Below, piece by piece: positions 1-13,743 of a stretch of DNA of 64,000 bases. Origin of the DNA: Tricharina praecox (taxonomy: Eukaryota); the NCBI RefSeq assembly GCF_024521635.1, contig NW_026250408.1, positions 620,001 to 684,000 of the forward strand, given 5' to 3'. The notes under the pieces are model-generated. The model did no database searches. It was not told the origin of the DNA and saw nothing but the letters and a program-made list of their open reading frames with translations. The position numbers and the translations under genes were made by a program. Every line of letters starts with the position of its first letter. The stretch's first letter is position 1.

Positions 1-725
1 CACGAGCCACTCCACTCACCCCAAGCGATGTTCCAAGGAAGTGGGAGATCTGGCCACTCACGGTCTATGACGGGAGGACGATTACCGGTATCGGGGGGAG
101 GGTTGTTCCTGCATGAGTACCGGCAGTGTGGGATTAGTATCAACGTACTCATTTTGTACATACCTGATTGCCAGAATGCGGCCCGCACCTATGGATGAAA
201 TTAGAAGCGCCAGGCGCGAGTGAGCCGCCGGCAAGTTGCGATTGTTGACGAGACTTCAATATCAAAAACGAAGGTCTCTGTAAAGTACTACACGAGCAAT
301 AGGTACGGTGATGAGGCCAGCTCGAGGGCTTGCGTACGCATAATTGCGCAGGTTCCCATCTCTGCGAAAGCTTGAAGATGTACAGGACGTGAATCACTCG
401 CAACGCCATCTTGCCGATATTTACGAGAACATGGGCTGCACCGCTTCGGCTGGCATTACGAGCACGCTTAGGAGTGAAAAAGTCCAAACTCTACCTATTT
501 CTAGACTCAGATGCATGTTCCAAGCACACACTCGAAATAGTATCCCTCGAATTCTTCCAAGCTCCCGCCTTGCTCTTCACCCGGTCGCCAAAACCCGCAT
601 ACACATATATCACCGCCGTGCTCGATCCAGCATCTAGGTAGCATCTAAGCCCCACTTACGCTTTTTAACCTTCCAACCTTCACCTTCCACCCCAAATGGC
701 AAAAACCAACCCCACCCTTCTCGCC

Positions 726-730
726 AAAAA
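726..730 (-). terminator. Pol III terminator (T5) of tRNA-Cys copy 1
   Basis: First TTTTT run on the minus strand, 28 nt after the discriminator base. Confidence 0.7.
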
Positions 731-758
731 GCACCAGCACTCGAGCACCGAGAGCCTC

Positions 759-831
759 AGTTCTGACCCTGATTTGAACAGGGGACCTGTCGATCTGCAA
801 TCGACCGCTCTAACCCCTGAGCTACCAGAAC
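759..831 (-). tRNA. tRNA-Cys(GCA), copy 1
   Basis: Reverse complement folds as a full cloverleaf: acceptor GTTCTGG/TCAGAAC, D-stem GCTC/GAGC, anticodon arm GTCGA-TTGCAGA-TCGAC, T-arm CCCTG-TTCAAAT-CAGGG, discriminator T (typical of Cys). No intron. Confidence 0.96.
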
Positions 832-1576
832 ATGTTGATGGTGGAGGTTCGTGATTGACGGGTATGATACGGTATTGTATCACTCGGAGTCTACGGGTCA
901 CGTGCATACATAGCTGGTGTGTGCGTGCAAATAGTTTAGAAGCTGCAATGAGGGTTCACCATGAAATGGCAGACCAGTGAGTCCTCATGGGATATGCTTA
1001 CTGATTACTTACTCCAAACCTCATGCGATAGGTACACATGTAGGTAGGCCACGTTATATCTCCCTGTCTCCTTTTCCCCCATCGCAGCATCGTGTACCTA
1101 ACGTCTTGTGGGTTACAGGCTTACATCTTGCAAGCGCCAACATGGCCGGTAGAGTACCTGCTACGGTACCACCTCATTAGGGTGAACGTCGGTGGGTCAA
1201 CCCACCAGCTTTAGCTCTGGCACCACCCATTCAGGGTCTAGGCTAACTAAGTCACAGCTGAAGCGTCAAAAGAAGTCTGTTGAAGCGGGGTATCACGCAT
1301 AATCCATCTTATGTATGTACCAAACTCACTACACGAGGCGGCTTTCCGTTCGCATGAAACGCCCGTACCCGGTGACACATACATTCATTCATTCAGACAC
1401 TATCCAACCGAGTAAAGCAAGGGCGTCCAAGCGCAATACACACAACACTCCGTAACCACAGATGGGAACCCTTCGCAATGTAGAAAGAAAAGAAAATGGT
1501 ATATCCAAACCAAAAGAGAACGCCCAAGAGCGCCCTGAAAAACACGTACAAAAACCATTTCAGCCATTGCGAGAAA

Positions 1577-4134
1577 TCAAATCTGACAGTCGATGTAAGC
1601 CCATATCCGAGAAACCAGTTGGAAAGTGTCTCTACCTGCAAGTAGTCCATCATGCTTTCCAGCGGATGTCTCCTGGTTTGTGTATCCGAATCCGACCACT
1701 CCCCAGAGGCAGCAACAGAGCCCCCCTCGCTGGCTCTGAGTGGTGTTTTTCCGGCCTTGTAGGCTTCCCACTCGCGCCCGACCATCCGCATCACCTCTTT
1801 CAGGGGGGATCCAGGGTTCTCGCGCTTGATTCTAGCCATGTGTTGCTTGGTGAAGGTTTGGTACTCTGTCAGCGGCTTCGGATCGCGGAGGACAGGCTTT
1901 GTTTGGAGTAAGACGCCCAGTCGACACCGCGGGCACCTCATGCGTCCGACATCCTTGGGTTTGGACTGCTGCTTCCAGACGTACGAACAGTGCTCCGTCT
2001 GGCAGCTAAGGTGATACTTATACTCGATCTCGTAGGAATGGCATCGGGTAACCGTAATGCCGAGGTCACTGAACTTTCTGCCAACCAGTGCACCCCATCT
2101 TTTGAACAGAGGACCGTGGTGGTCGGTCTTGCTGTTGTCTACGGCCCAAACCGCAAGATGGCAAAATTCGTGAGCAGTGGTATTGTACAACCTCGCTGTG
2201 CCTAGTTAGTACAGCTGACACTTTGCTGGTAGTAGACGGAGCACTTACCCTCATCGGTGATCACTTTGGTTGATAGTTCGATGATTCCCTTGCTCAGCCT
2301 TGCCCGCCCGGCGGTGGTCCGAAGCTTGGGATTCCACTCCACCCTGATGCCGCCCCGACTTTCGTGAAACTTCCCGACGGCACCATCACAGATCATCCGA
2401 TCGAGCTTCCGAACGAACGACTCGGCCAATGCTTCCTTCTTGGCCTCGAATTCTCTCTTTGCTGCGAAATTAGACTTCCCTACAGTCTTTGCTGCCTTGG
2501 GCTTCGTCACGGTCCTCGGCGTTTTGGGTACTTCGCCACTGTCGTAGCTTCCGTAGCCTTGGCTGCTAGCGCTGTCTCCGTTGCCGTCGGTAATGTCACT
2601 ATCATCATTGGAGTTGGTGTCGGCGCTTTCAGCGTCGGCAATTTCAGCGAAAATTTGTTCGTCGGCTTCGTCTTGGTCTTGGAAGTACTCCTGAACCGCC
2701 GTCTCAGTTTTCCTAACCTTATACCGGTTGTATCCTCCATCGTCATCTTGAAGGTACTCCACGACCGTCGTCGTATCTTTCGGAGTCTTGGGCCTCTTGT
2801 ATCCTCCATACCTACCTCCATCTTCCACAATCCAGTCATCTTCGGACTCGTAAATATCGCTGTCCTCGTTAGGGCCTTCGGCCTCCGATTCCGAATCCGA
2901 GCTTATCTCGATGACCTCTGGATTCGATCTTTTCCGTGGGGTTCTATATTTGTTTAGAGTGTCCCCGGAAGGCCCTCCACTATACTTCCGACCAAAGGTA
3001 GATACGGGCTGCTTCTTCTCTGGCGCCCTCGACCGATTACCAGGCTTGGGAGTCTTGGGTTCCGGCGAATTGGGGCTATTGCTCAACTGTTAGCAACGGT
3101 GTGGCATAATCCAAAGTGGATATCACATACTAATTCATACCACCCACGGGCTCATCCGATTCTTCGTCCCCCGAGGCCGAAGGAAACACATCTTCCAATA
3201 CGAACGGGATGTTCGCCATCTTTTTGATAGCTGCGGTCTTGGACTGTAGCTTCGACCTGGGTAGCTCCGGGAGTGTTTCACTATCACTTGCAGAAGAGGA
3301 CGATGGCTCGAGGTACTTCTTCTGCACCAATCTTCTCCTCGGTGTGGGTTTCGAAATTGACGCCTTAGAAAACATATCCTCTAAGCCTAGAGCCTTGCTC
3401 GATCGTTGTGGTTTCGCCACCTTCGCCACTGGTGTCCGTTGAATCACCTCTTCTTCATAGGAGGACTTTACATCGTCATGCCTCGTCGATGTGGCTGTTA
3501 CGAATGGCTTGGAGTCCGAGTCCGAATCGGAAGAAAGGAAGCCCTCCCCAACCAAAAACTCAACTCCCTCCGTCTTCACGTCGGGCATGGAGAATTCCAT
3601 CTTCTTTTCCTTCTTCGGTGCCGCCTTCTTAGGCAGCTCCTTCTCCAAGTCCGCTTTCTTTACCAACCTTCTCCTCCTAGGCGGTGACGGCTTTTGTTCC
3701 TCCTCGGAGCCAGAGTCGGAATCGATGGTGGCGGTGGCGGTGTCAATCCGACTTGATACAGGTACACTTGGGCGCCTCGTGCCCGCAGTCTTGGTGGCTG
3801 TCCCCTTCGTCGCCGACGGCTTGGGAACAATGCATTTCTCCTTCGACTTCAAGTTACTCGCGAGCACTGTGCGGGGCGCTACGTCTGCTGGACGTCTAAC
3901 ACTAGTAACAACCTTCGTCGTCGTCGTTGTCGACGGACGAGCAATTCTGGCGGGTGCTGGGGCCACCGGTGCGCTGCGGACGTTGACAATTGGGCCGTTT
4001 CGCTTGGCGGGGGTTTCGACGTTCAACAGCAGCTCTTTCAAGGTGGGGAACTCGTCGTCATTGGAGCTGTAATCGGTTGCGTCTTCGTCGGACTCGGGGG
4101 CGCGCGCGACAGGGCGGGTGGGGGTGCGGGCCAT
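1577..4134 (-). CDS. SprT-like zinc metalloprotease with long disordered acidic N-terminus, Zn ribbon and HMG-like box (GCNA/ACRC-type)
   Basis: Hand-spliced exons 4134-3131, 3075-2249, 2195-1636 and 1582-1577. Motifs: WNPKLRTTAGRA, IELSTKV, HEFCH (HExxH), HGPLFKRW, HSYEIEYKY, CQTEHC..CPRC and HMG-like YQTFTKQHMARIKRENPG..VMRMVGREW. The first and last introns are inferred from frame and branch sites. Confidence 0.85.
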
Positions 4135-7100
4135 TGCGATGTCGTGCGGATTGTGTGATGTGCTGTCTAGTGGATGTAGAGTACTCTACAGTCGTGTGGG
4201 ATTGGTGGATGTCGGTACTGCTGGTAGTGGTGGTGTTGTGAAGAATGAGCTGTGCGGAGGAGTGCTTGTAAATACCAGTTGCCGTGGTAACAACGGAACC
4301 TGCCGAGACACCGGCGCCAAGTAAATTTTTCGGCGGGAATGATATCTTGTGAAGATCAAATGCTGGGGCAAGAACGCCTTTCCACATTTTTTCGTCGTAG
4401 CAGTCGCTGCAGTCTCTTAAGAGGGTGCAGTTGAGAAGTGGCTCGTGTTGAGCACTTCGAGTATTCCCAAGTTGACACGGCCATTTTGACAGGAACCGTG
4501 GATTAAAAAGTGTACATATATCGGGCATTGGAATGTGTCATGAATGTCAAACTGCTATAGAGATTTGGTACTTAGGACTACCCCACTGTACCGTTTTGTG
4601 CCTCTGTTGGTGGTAGTTAAGTAGTTGAGACCACACGGCACAACCTTTCCATTGGTTATTGTTCTTTTCGAGGATTTCTTTTCAGTTATGTACTAAGTCC
4701 CAATTCGTTCGTCTTGAGGCCTTGACACTGAGTTCAGTGCATATAACTGTCACGCACTGCTCATCAGGGTGAATTTGAGCCCTTTTCTCGAGCCATTGGG
4801 ATGGTAGTTGGCCTAATTATCAAAGTTCGCGAAGCAGTACCGGTTTAAATCAACGACGAAGCCTCCTGTACGATCACTTAAGCCAAGAAAAGCAGCAGAA
4901 TCCTCGGCATCTTAGTTCCCGACTCATCCCGCCGTGCCCGTTTCTTCAGGTCACCCACCCGCCAGAGCCAGCGCTGGCGGTATCCACGAGCCATGCAAGT
5001 CCCGATCACAGCCCATCAACCGGCCCCCCGGTATCGCTGCGTCACAACCGAAATTACTCCCGTATGCCTATCCGCCAGCGTCCGGATGAGCCGAATGCGA
5101 GTACTGTAAGTAGAGTGCATACGACGAAACCAAAAATAAGAATAACTAGAGTACGGTAGGTACACCCTCCCAGCTCCCGCATCCTCACGGCAGTGGCACC
5201 GACATGACGTCCACCGAAGTGCCGCGTGGGCCCTGATCGATGGGCAGAAACCTGCTGGGTACTCTACTTTGGTACCTACATACCTGACGCCGTTGTTATT
5301 GCACGTTTCCTATATACGATGTGTGGCTATAGGGCGCCACCTCGTTGCATGCGCATAATATACGGTACGGTAAGTGGGTATCGGAGGATTATCCTGAGCG
5401 TGGGGCATGGGGCTGGGCTGGGGTGCGGTGGGGTGGGTGCGGTGGCGGTGGCATCCACGCTGATCCCACTGATATGATACCTACGCGGATACGGTACTTA
5501 AGCAGGATATTTGGAAGACGGGTTTCAACGTCAGCATGGGTACCTAATCCGCCAGCCCTTCTCACTCCCGGAGAATGGGAATCATTGGGTTTGGAGAGGT
5601 CATGCTATGCATACCTACGAGGTCAAGGCTGTCTGACGCTCGTTAGCTTCCGTGAAAGCTAGAAAAATAGATCATGATTCACGATAGAAGAATTATATAC
5701 CCATCGAGACCTCGGCAGCTTTTGAAAGTAACCCGCCAAACATCCAGTAATCACAGACACCCAACCCTTAAACATACCCCAAGGGTCAAACTTTGCAAAC
5801 GCTGCCACAAAGATACCTTCGGCACCCCCGAGGTTTAAAAGCACTTGTGGCATGACCGGGAGTCTTCTCACGGATATAGCTGTTCCCGAGCCGATAGGTG
5901 GGTGGTCGCGGCTGCCGCGCTTCGTGTTTTCCAGGCCCTTCGTGCGGTTGGTAGGCATATCAAATACCCGGAATCAACGGTGGACGAACAGCATCATGAG
6001 AAGGGACGTAGTTACGTGACGCCCCACTTTGGCCGGTCCGGTCGGGCACTCATGAATACCGTAGCCGCAACTTTATTCGTGGGTCTAAATACCTAGGTAG
6101 GCCACCATCGTTGATTCGTTATCGTGATATATGTATGTAGGGAATGATGCTCGAGCACGAGTCAAAATTGTCTGAATGTTAAACCGAACCCCACTGTAAC
6201 TCACCTAGCCTCGCAAGTAACCCCCACGCGGAACCCACGCTGTCTCGGCCTTGGCAGTCAATATCGATAGGTATCGATATTTGCATCGTGGGATGATGAT
6301 CGCGTCCGATAACTACCACCACGCTATAGGTATACCGTATGTAGAAGCACAATCTCCGGCCACGCCATCTATCCATTCACCGTGCTCTTGCCGAATCGCA
6401 AGCTCCGCCAAATCACGATTATGTATCTGCAGCGGCACGATCTGTCTCAAGCGACCGAAACCCCCCAACACACTACCTAGACTACCAGCCGCACCTCGAA
6501 GTCAACGTCTCGGATCGGGATCGGCACCGAGGGTGGTTGGCGGTGTGACGGTGTCCACTGTCCACAGCAGCGTTGTGGTGGGCTCAGACCCGCGTCGCCC
6601 ATAGGTACACATCTGGCGTACATACGGGACAGAGTTTATTTCCTGGCGTGGACTGTGAAGAATACGTTTGAAGCAGCGGCGTGGGTGAAGCTCAAGCTCA
6701 AGCTCAAGCGCGCGCACGCCTTATGTGGTATTCGCTACGGCGGGAGCGCCTACTGTACTGAGTACATATCACATCGAGGCCGCCAGTCCGCCAGTCCGGC
6801 CGGATGATCATCGTTCTTCTGCGGACCCGGGGGATCGCGCGCATTCGTTCGGCATAGAGGATCGTGTGTATGGCCGACTCGATACTCTGCTGTAGACATC
6901 GCGATGCACAGGGAATCGCAGTGCTTCAATCGTGGTGAAAGATATCCACATCTCCGTCGCGCACGCTTGCTTGCCGCATCCATCCAGCCATTCCGATTCC
7001 CGACCACCTTCCTGGGCAGCGCCACCACCACCATCACCTCAATCTTCACTTCACCTCACCTCACCCCGAACAAAGCTAGAGGGCAGAGTCAAACTCCACA

Positions 7101-7983
7101 TACGGTGCCGCCGTTATCTTCCATCCATCCATCCAGCATCCACCCAGCATCGTCATGCCGCTTCGGCACCCGTCCCAGGGCATCCAGCCCCCCTCCGCCA
7201 CAGCCAACGCAGCGCTCGCTCGCCGCTCGGCAATCAACTCGATTGGGCGGGAAAAGATAACCGTCCATCCCACCCTTCCAAGTTCCCACCCTTCCAAGTT
7301 CCCACCCTTCCCTTCCCGCTAACTTACCAAACCGCTTAGGGCATGAAAAAAAAGTTCTTTTTATAGAGTAAAAATAGAGTAGGTAGCTGACGCACGAGGG
7401 TTTGAGATGAGGTGGCGAACGAACGCGGCATGGCATGGACGGTGGGTGGATGCTGGATGCTGGAAAAGTCGACCGACCGGTAGAGTACGTTCCATGCTGG
7501 CGACCAAGGCGTGGAGATTTGTGGTAGCAAGGATGTGCGTGGTGTGTGGAAGGCTGGAAACTCGTGTGTGTATGGGTGTGTTGTGTGGCATTCCTGTTTG
7601 CCTCGTCTGGGCGTCTGGGCTGACAGGCTTCTAGAAGGGATGCCGGGAGTTCCATTCATTCCCCTCCTGCTCCTCCTCCTTTCGTCCGAGCAAACATATC
7701 GCAGCAACATTGTCGCCCTCGTGCTCAAAGTAAGAGGTTACTTAAGAATGATATTACCTATAGACAATTCAAAAGCAAACAGCATGTACGAGGAGTAACA
7801 AAGAGAAAGAGAAAGAAAAAAACGAGACAATACACGAGCAACCCAGAGTCTGTTGTACACTTGTTCTCCCATGCAGCTGTGCTTCCAGCAATCATTTACA
7901 AAGCGGCGCGCGCCCCCAAAAAAAATCGAAAAGAAAAAAAGCCATCAAACGAACACCGGCATCATCTCAGCTTATTAACTACT

Positions 7984-9760
7984 CTATACCAAGATCATAG
8001 CAGCACCGCCAAATACAGCCATTACCATGGCAAAGCCAATCTTGAGCGCTCCGAACTGAACACTAGGAATCATCATCGCAGTCGAGCCGGAGCTGCTGCT
8101 GCCGCTGCTTCCAGAGGAAGATGGCAACGATGTGACCGTTCCAGTTCCCTCAACACCCCCGGCTTCCTTGATGAGGGTAGCACAGGTTCCGGTCGCAGTC
8201 GCAGCCGTCTGCGTCTCACCCTCTCCATCGAAATCGCACGAAGTCGAGGCCTTGTCCTGGGCGAGGTAGTACTACAGAATGATTGTCAGTCTACCGATAC
8301 AGGGTAATTAAATGGAGGTTATTGGATTATTTTTCATACCGCGTTCATAGCCCAGGAGAGACGCTCCTTGGAGTTACACATGGAGTAAGCACCGTACTCG
8401 CCGGTGGTTCCGTTTCCGTTGATGCCAGTGCAGTCGGTACCTCCTCCACAGATGTAAGAGAACAGGTCCTCGAACTTCGAGGTAGCAATATCGGATTTGG
8501 CAACACAGCCAAGGCCCTTCACCATGCAAGAACACAGATCCTGGTTCGGGGTGGGAGGAAGCTTAGAGGAGGCTCTCCAGGCGGTGCCCTCTGCGGGGCA
8601 CTCCTGAAGCTTGGTGTTGGTAGGGGTGAAATCATCCATCTGCAGCGTCTCGGGGCTGATCTTGGAGAGCTGCGTCTTGAGGTTGGTGAAGTCTGTGAGC
8701 TTGGAGACCTTGTCGTCCGTGATCTCGACAAGTCCTATTCAAAGTGTTAAAAAAGATAGGTAGAACTCTGGAAATAGCGAACATACCATAATCGTTGGCC
8801 TCCTGGTTGTACATGTAAACGATTCCTCCAGACCAGACATCCGTCATGTCACTACCGTACAATGCTTGGACCTCAGTGAACTTGCGAGGCTGAACCAGGT
8901 TGCATCCATACTCGGCGAAGAAGACGGGAACACTGTAGTTGGCATACTCGGCAGTACGGACATCGTAACCCGACTCCTTAAAGGTACTGGCACCACACCA
9001 AGAGTAGATGTTGTATCCCCAGAAATCCACACCCTCGTCCGCAGAGTTGCAGTTGAAGTACCTGGCCAAGTCGAGACGGATGTCGGCATCGTCGTTGGTC
9101 GCGTATCCAACGGGAATGGCACGGTAATTCTGCTGCTTGATGTACGACTTCATGTCGCGAACGGCAGCCTTGACATAAGCGGAAGCAGCAGTGTTGTTGG
9201 CCTGGTTGGAGACCTCATTTCCGGCGAAGAAACCGAGAACGTTGCTGTAGCTCTGGAGGGAGTCAATCACGGCGGTGTAGCGAGCGTAGACAGTGTCGTC
9301 CCACTGAGGAGAGTCACGGTTGATGGACGTCTGGGGCTCCGAAAGATCGCTGACGACGTAGATGCCCGCATCCTGCAGCAATTTCATGCACGCAGTGTGG
9401 TCCGCAGTCGGGTCGACAGCATACACACGGATGGTGTTGGTTCCCAGCTCCTTCAACAAAGGGACATCACGCTTGCAAGCGGCATCATCGGCGAGGGGGT
9501 CTTTATAGAACTTGGTGGAATCGGTGCTCTCTTGCTGATAAGCAACACCCTTCATGTAGAATTGGGTTCCATTGGTTTTGTAGAAGAATTCTGTTCAGCA
9601 GCACCACCATCAGCGATTGTTATTTTTTGCCGCAAGACGGCGGTTGACTAGGTAGGCAGTTTGACGTACTGTTTCCCTTGGTTACGATAGGATCAAGATC
9701 GGCGGCCACGAGGGAGACCAATGTAGCGGCCACAGCCACGGTAGCGAGGGCAAACTTCAT
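7984..9760 (-). CDS. GPI-anchored 1,3-beta-glucanosyltransferase (GH72 with Cys-rich X8/CBM43 domain), Gel/Gas family
   Basis: Exons 9760-9670, 9590-8787, 8734-8340 and 8271-7984. Signal peptide [38 protein letters not shown] and FFAEYGC (catalytic Glu motifs), WSGGIVY; Cys box, Ser-rich linker and hydrophobic C-terminal GPI signal. Confidence 0.96.
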
Positions 9761-12700
9761 CTTTGCGTCTCTTGGATATCTGGGCGTGCTGCCGGGTGTC
9801 TCTCGATTGGTTTATCTTCGGTGTTCCAAGACTCTTGGTATTGCGAAAAGGAAATCGGACGGCCGAAGTCGGTGTAGGGTGGGTCCGTGAGCTTGAGCGA
9901 GTGAGATGCAAAAGGGGGTTTAGACAAGGCCAAGCTAACGAGCGTGGGGCGACTCAAGAACGAGCGGCAATATGTAGGAATTCGAGGCTGAAGAGAAAAT
10001 GGAAAGGAAGAGCTGACGCGAAAGGAAGAGGAGGAAGAAGGAAACGGAGTTGTTGATGTAGAAGTAGAGAGAGAGGGATGGGGTGTCTAGAGGAGGAGGG
10101 AGCGAAGAGGGACGACGACGACAACCGACAATCACTGCGACCCACTCTAGCACTATGACGAACTGGCATTACTACTTCTGGAATAATCATGGAATTCTTT
10201 TTTGGATATTCCGGTGTTTTGGGGGAGGTTCAGTCAGCATTTTTGCTTGTTGCCCTGCGTTGCTTGCTTGCAATTCAGCTGTGCCATGCTCGATTGGTTT
10301 GAACTGGGAGGGTTGTGAGTGGGAGGGGAGGAGGCCGCGTAACCAGGCACTCCACTCTGCAGTGCTGGATATTATTTCGGTCCCCGTCCGGCGCTTCTGT
10401 GACACCTCCGACGGTCTGCTCCTCACACCAATCACACAGACACGTCTCGAACCACCGCAGACGCAGGAACGACAGCTGCTGCCGCCAGGTTCTGGGTGCG
10501 CGCACGGGCGCCTTACTGCCTTTCCCGAGATGCGCTCCGTTTTGTGTGTTTAACGCTCTTGCATTCAAATCCGAATTCCGAGGATACAGACTTGGATCCT
10601 TCTTCCATGTGTGAAGAGTAAAGTATGAGGTAGGTACTTTGCACCGGTACTCCACTTGGCTCGTCTGCTCGAACGGTGAAGTCGAAGAGGTTTTCGCAAG
10701 GTACCTTCCCTGGTGCTTACATCTTGCTGGCAGCGAATCGTGAGCCCGAGCACACAGTTCTGGATGCAAGCGGTAATTCTCCCGCACATCCGTTACGGGA
10801 CAGGATGGTGGAGATGATGGTGGGCGATACCTTCTGGGACCAGCGTTTCAACGATGCTCGCCGTAACACGGGTACTGCGGCATCGTCGTTGCGGAATAGA
10901 TGGTGAGCATCATCCTAGTCTTTATTCGGATCGCATACTATACTCCATCTAAGCATCTTTTTTGAGATCATCTTAAGCTTCTTCGGAGTTGCAGATGCCG
11001 ATAATGGAGACGAAGATGTTGGAGTTTACACGGAACCATCACACAGCATACGTGTGTGTGGGTGAGCACAGTTGTGTACTTAGCACCACCGACCCTCCGC
11101 TGAGCGAAGGGAACACTGCCCGGCTTACTTCGAGTTGGTGACATCTGCGCCAATCCCCATCTCAGCACCCAATATTTCCGCTACCGGTGCCGTGGACCGA
11201 TCATTCGAACGCCCACATGAGTTATTCGCCTAGCTACTATTGCAATTGAAGTCCGCAAGACAGACGAATGCTCTAGAGCGTGGAGGAGTTCTCTCTTGAT
11301 GGTTTTACTCTATCCATGGGTGGCCGGCTGCATCCGTTCCTTGAGCTTCCGCTGCGAAACTTCCCCCCTATGCATGCGGAACCCGGCGGGATCGGGAAGC
11401 TGCAGCGAGCTGACTTGAGGCTGTGCAGTTGGTACGAGCGTTTTGTACCTCATGATCAACTCGACTGACACTCAATCGGGCGCGCGCAGCAGCAGTTGGG
11501 CATATACACACTAACCTACCAATGCGCCTAAGCCTTGCGCTCGCTATACACCAGCGCCGGATCGCAGCCTTATGTACCCTAAGCCCAGAGACAAGCCTTT
11601 GACACGATGTGCTTGGCCAGAATACTATTGACTGGCGGTTGATTTTCCTTGGGGGCGGCAACGACAAAGGAACAGGAAGCGGGGCCAGAGACCACAACTT
11701 GGAGCCGCGATTCGTTCTGTTCTGCGAGTCTTGGAACAGCAGCACGCGCCACCTCCGTGTTTTGTGTTTCGTTTTCCTTGGGCGCGCCACATGGCGACAT
11801 CGACGATTCAATGGGGATCTTATGCACTTTACTACGTTCACCAAACCTGCACTTCCGCAATCGCTGAGAGCTTGAGACAGCGGCACAGCACAGCACGTCG
11901 ACGTGTGCCCAGCCAACACGCTCGGGAGTCGACCATTCTGCACTTCTTGAGGATGCGTTAGTATCTACTCAAATTCCCGTTACAATGCTTCTCTCGAACC
12001 TACAGCAACAGGAAGGCCGTAGTTATATATAAGGCCGTCAAAGCCCACCGCTTCGCTCTTGATGAGGACGGGGAGCTCTTGGAGGACTACAGAAAACCAC
12101 TCAATTGGTATTCGCCGCCATTCAGCCAGCCTTCCCGACGGATGAGAGGCAGTACCTAGCACTCCAGCTGCGAAGTTGCGGACCATGAGCTCATGAGCTG
12201 ACGAAGAGCTCGAGTTCTATGAGGTAACTAGCGGCTTGGCCGCTTCGGTTTCTGGGGATGGCGGGGCCGATCTCCCGTGGTTATGCTTTGGCGGGACAGA
12301 ACAGCCCTTGGGACTCTGACTCTGACTGTGGTCACGGCATGTATGATGCGATGCGCGCCTGGAGGCTGGAGCTCGACTTCGCATGCCATCGTTGCTCATT
12401 CACGGGCATGCATATGGTCCCGAATGTTGATTATCAGGCGCAGGAGTGCCTGGTACTCTAATGACAAGCAATCCGGCTCCTAAACCTGCTTCGCCGCTGT
12501 TCGCAAAGCAGAGCAACATCCGACCTTCGACCCTCGGTGCTCGAAGTGCACATCGCTTGCACATCGCTTGCGGCGGCAATGGGGGTGGACAGTGGACAGC
12601 CAGAGGTCCAAACACATCCGGCCGGCCATCCGTCCATCCGACGGTAAAGCGCCCAGCGCCCAGCGGCTAGGTATGTAAGTTCCGGCCAAACTCGCCGAAG

Positions 12701-13670
12701 ACTCGCCGAAGACGGCGGTTGGGTTAGTTAGGTTAGTTCCCCGGCCGGCTAGCCAAGCCTCGGGACGTTAATACACGGGTTTTATCGCGGGAAGAGCAAT
12801 ATGGCGAGGACAGAGACGGTGGTGTGTGCTGGATTACGGGCTGAGGCATATACATCTATGCATCTATGTACTGGCTGCGAACCCACTGCGGGCCGAATCG
12901 TCAAACATGCTGCAGGTACATATGAATGGGCCATATTGGCGGACTATGTACACCCAAATGCCCAAGGCGGTTGTGTCTGATGCGTGACCAGTAAGTAGTG
13001 GCACGCTGGAGTATGTACGAGTTTTCAAATCTGCAATACGGCTCTAGGCTCCATGGAGTGCAGTAAACATTAGTTACCTACGGCAGTTCTAGCAGAACTT
13101 GATCATGGCACATGATTCGATTGATTTGGGCAAACTGCTGTCACGAGATTCTGGACAGTGTATATGCCTATAGGCATAAATAACAAAGCCCGCTGAGCTG
13201 CAGGACATACCTTAGGTATATAGAAGAAACGGCATCGAGAATCGCGATCGGCCACATAGAATCCAACAACAGTGAACACAAGAGCAGAGCAAGCAGAAAG
13301 CGACCGGGAATCTTCTGCCTGGGTACTCACGTGTCCATCCGACCCATCCAATCCATCCAGATAACGAGCGAGCACGGAGGTCATCTTCGCGGGGGCAAGT
13401 CAGAATACCTACAAAAGAGATGGTGTCTTCAATGAATCCAGGTGGTGGCCCTTCGGTGGTGAAGTCCGTACTCTAACTAATCCCTGTCGAACTTCTGCTC
13501 CGTGATGTCAATGTCAATGCAAGGCCGCCGCAACGGCGAACTCTCGCGATGTGTATAGAGAGTGCACATCGATCTCATGCACGCCGATGCAATTACCGTC
13601 GTCTTCATGCATTCATGCATCGGTAGAGTGCCATTCTTAACATTGCGTGTGGGGAACTACAATATCATAT

Positions 13671-13743
13671 CCTTTCTTCCTTTCTTCCTTTCTTCCTTCC
13701 TTCCTTCCTTCCTTAAGTCTTGACTCTTGACTCTTGACTCTTG
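13671..13743 (+). repeat. Compound microsatellite (CTTTCTTC)n/(CTTC)n/(TCTTGAC)n
   Basis: Directly visible tandem repeats in the gel-fks1 intergenic region. Confidence 0.85.

Noticed and set aside
1393..1576. Hydrophobic TM-like tail of ORF 1393-2190
   Set aside because: Better explained as read-through of a 53-nt intron (1583-1635) into a T-rich 3'-UTR. Moderate certainty only.
3130..3132. Apparent in-frame stops at the SprT exon 1 end (also 41342-41344 in the decarboxylase)
   Set aside because: Both are TA|GTATGT splice donors; splicing yields TAC (Tyr).
4135..7983. Numerous short ORFs in the 3.8-kb SprT-gel spacer
   Set aside because: No recognisable domain, codon bias or consistent exon chain; no transposase, RT or RIP-like AT-rich remnant seen.
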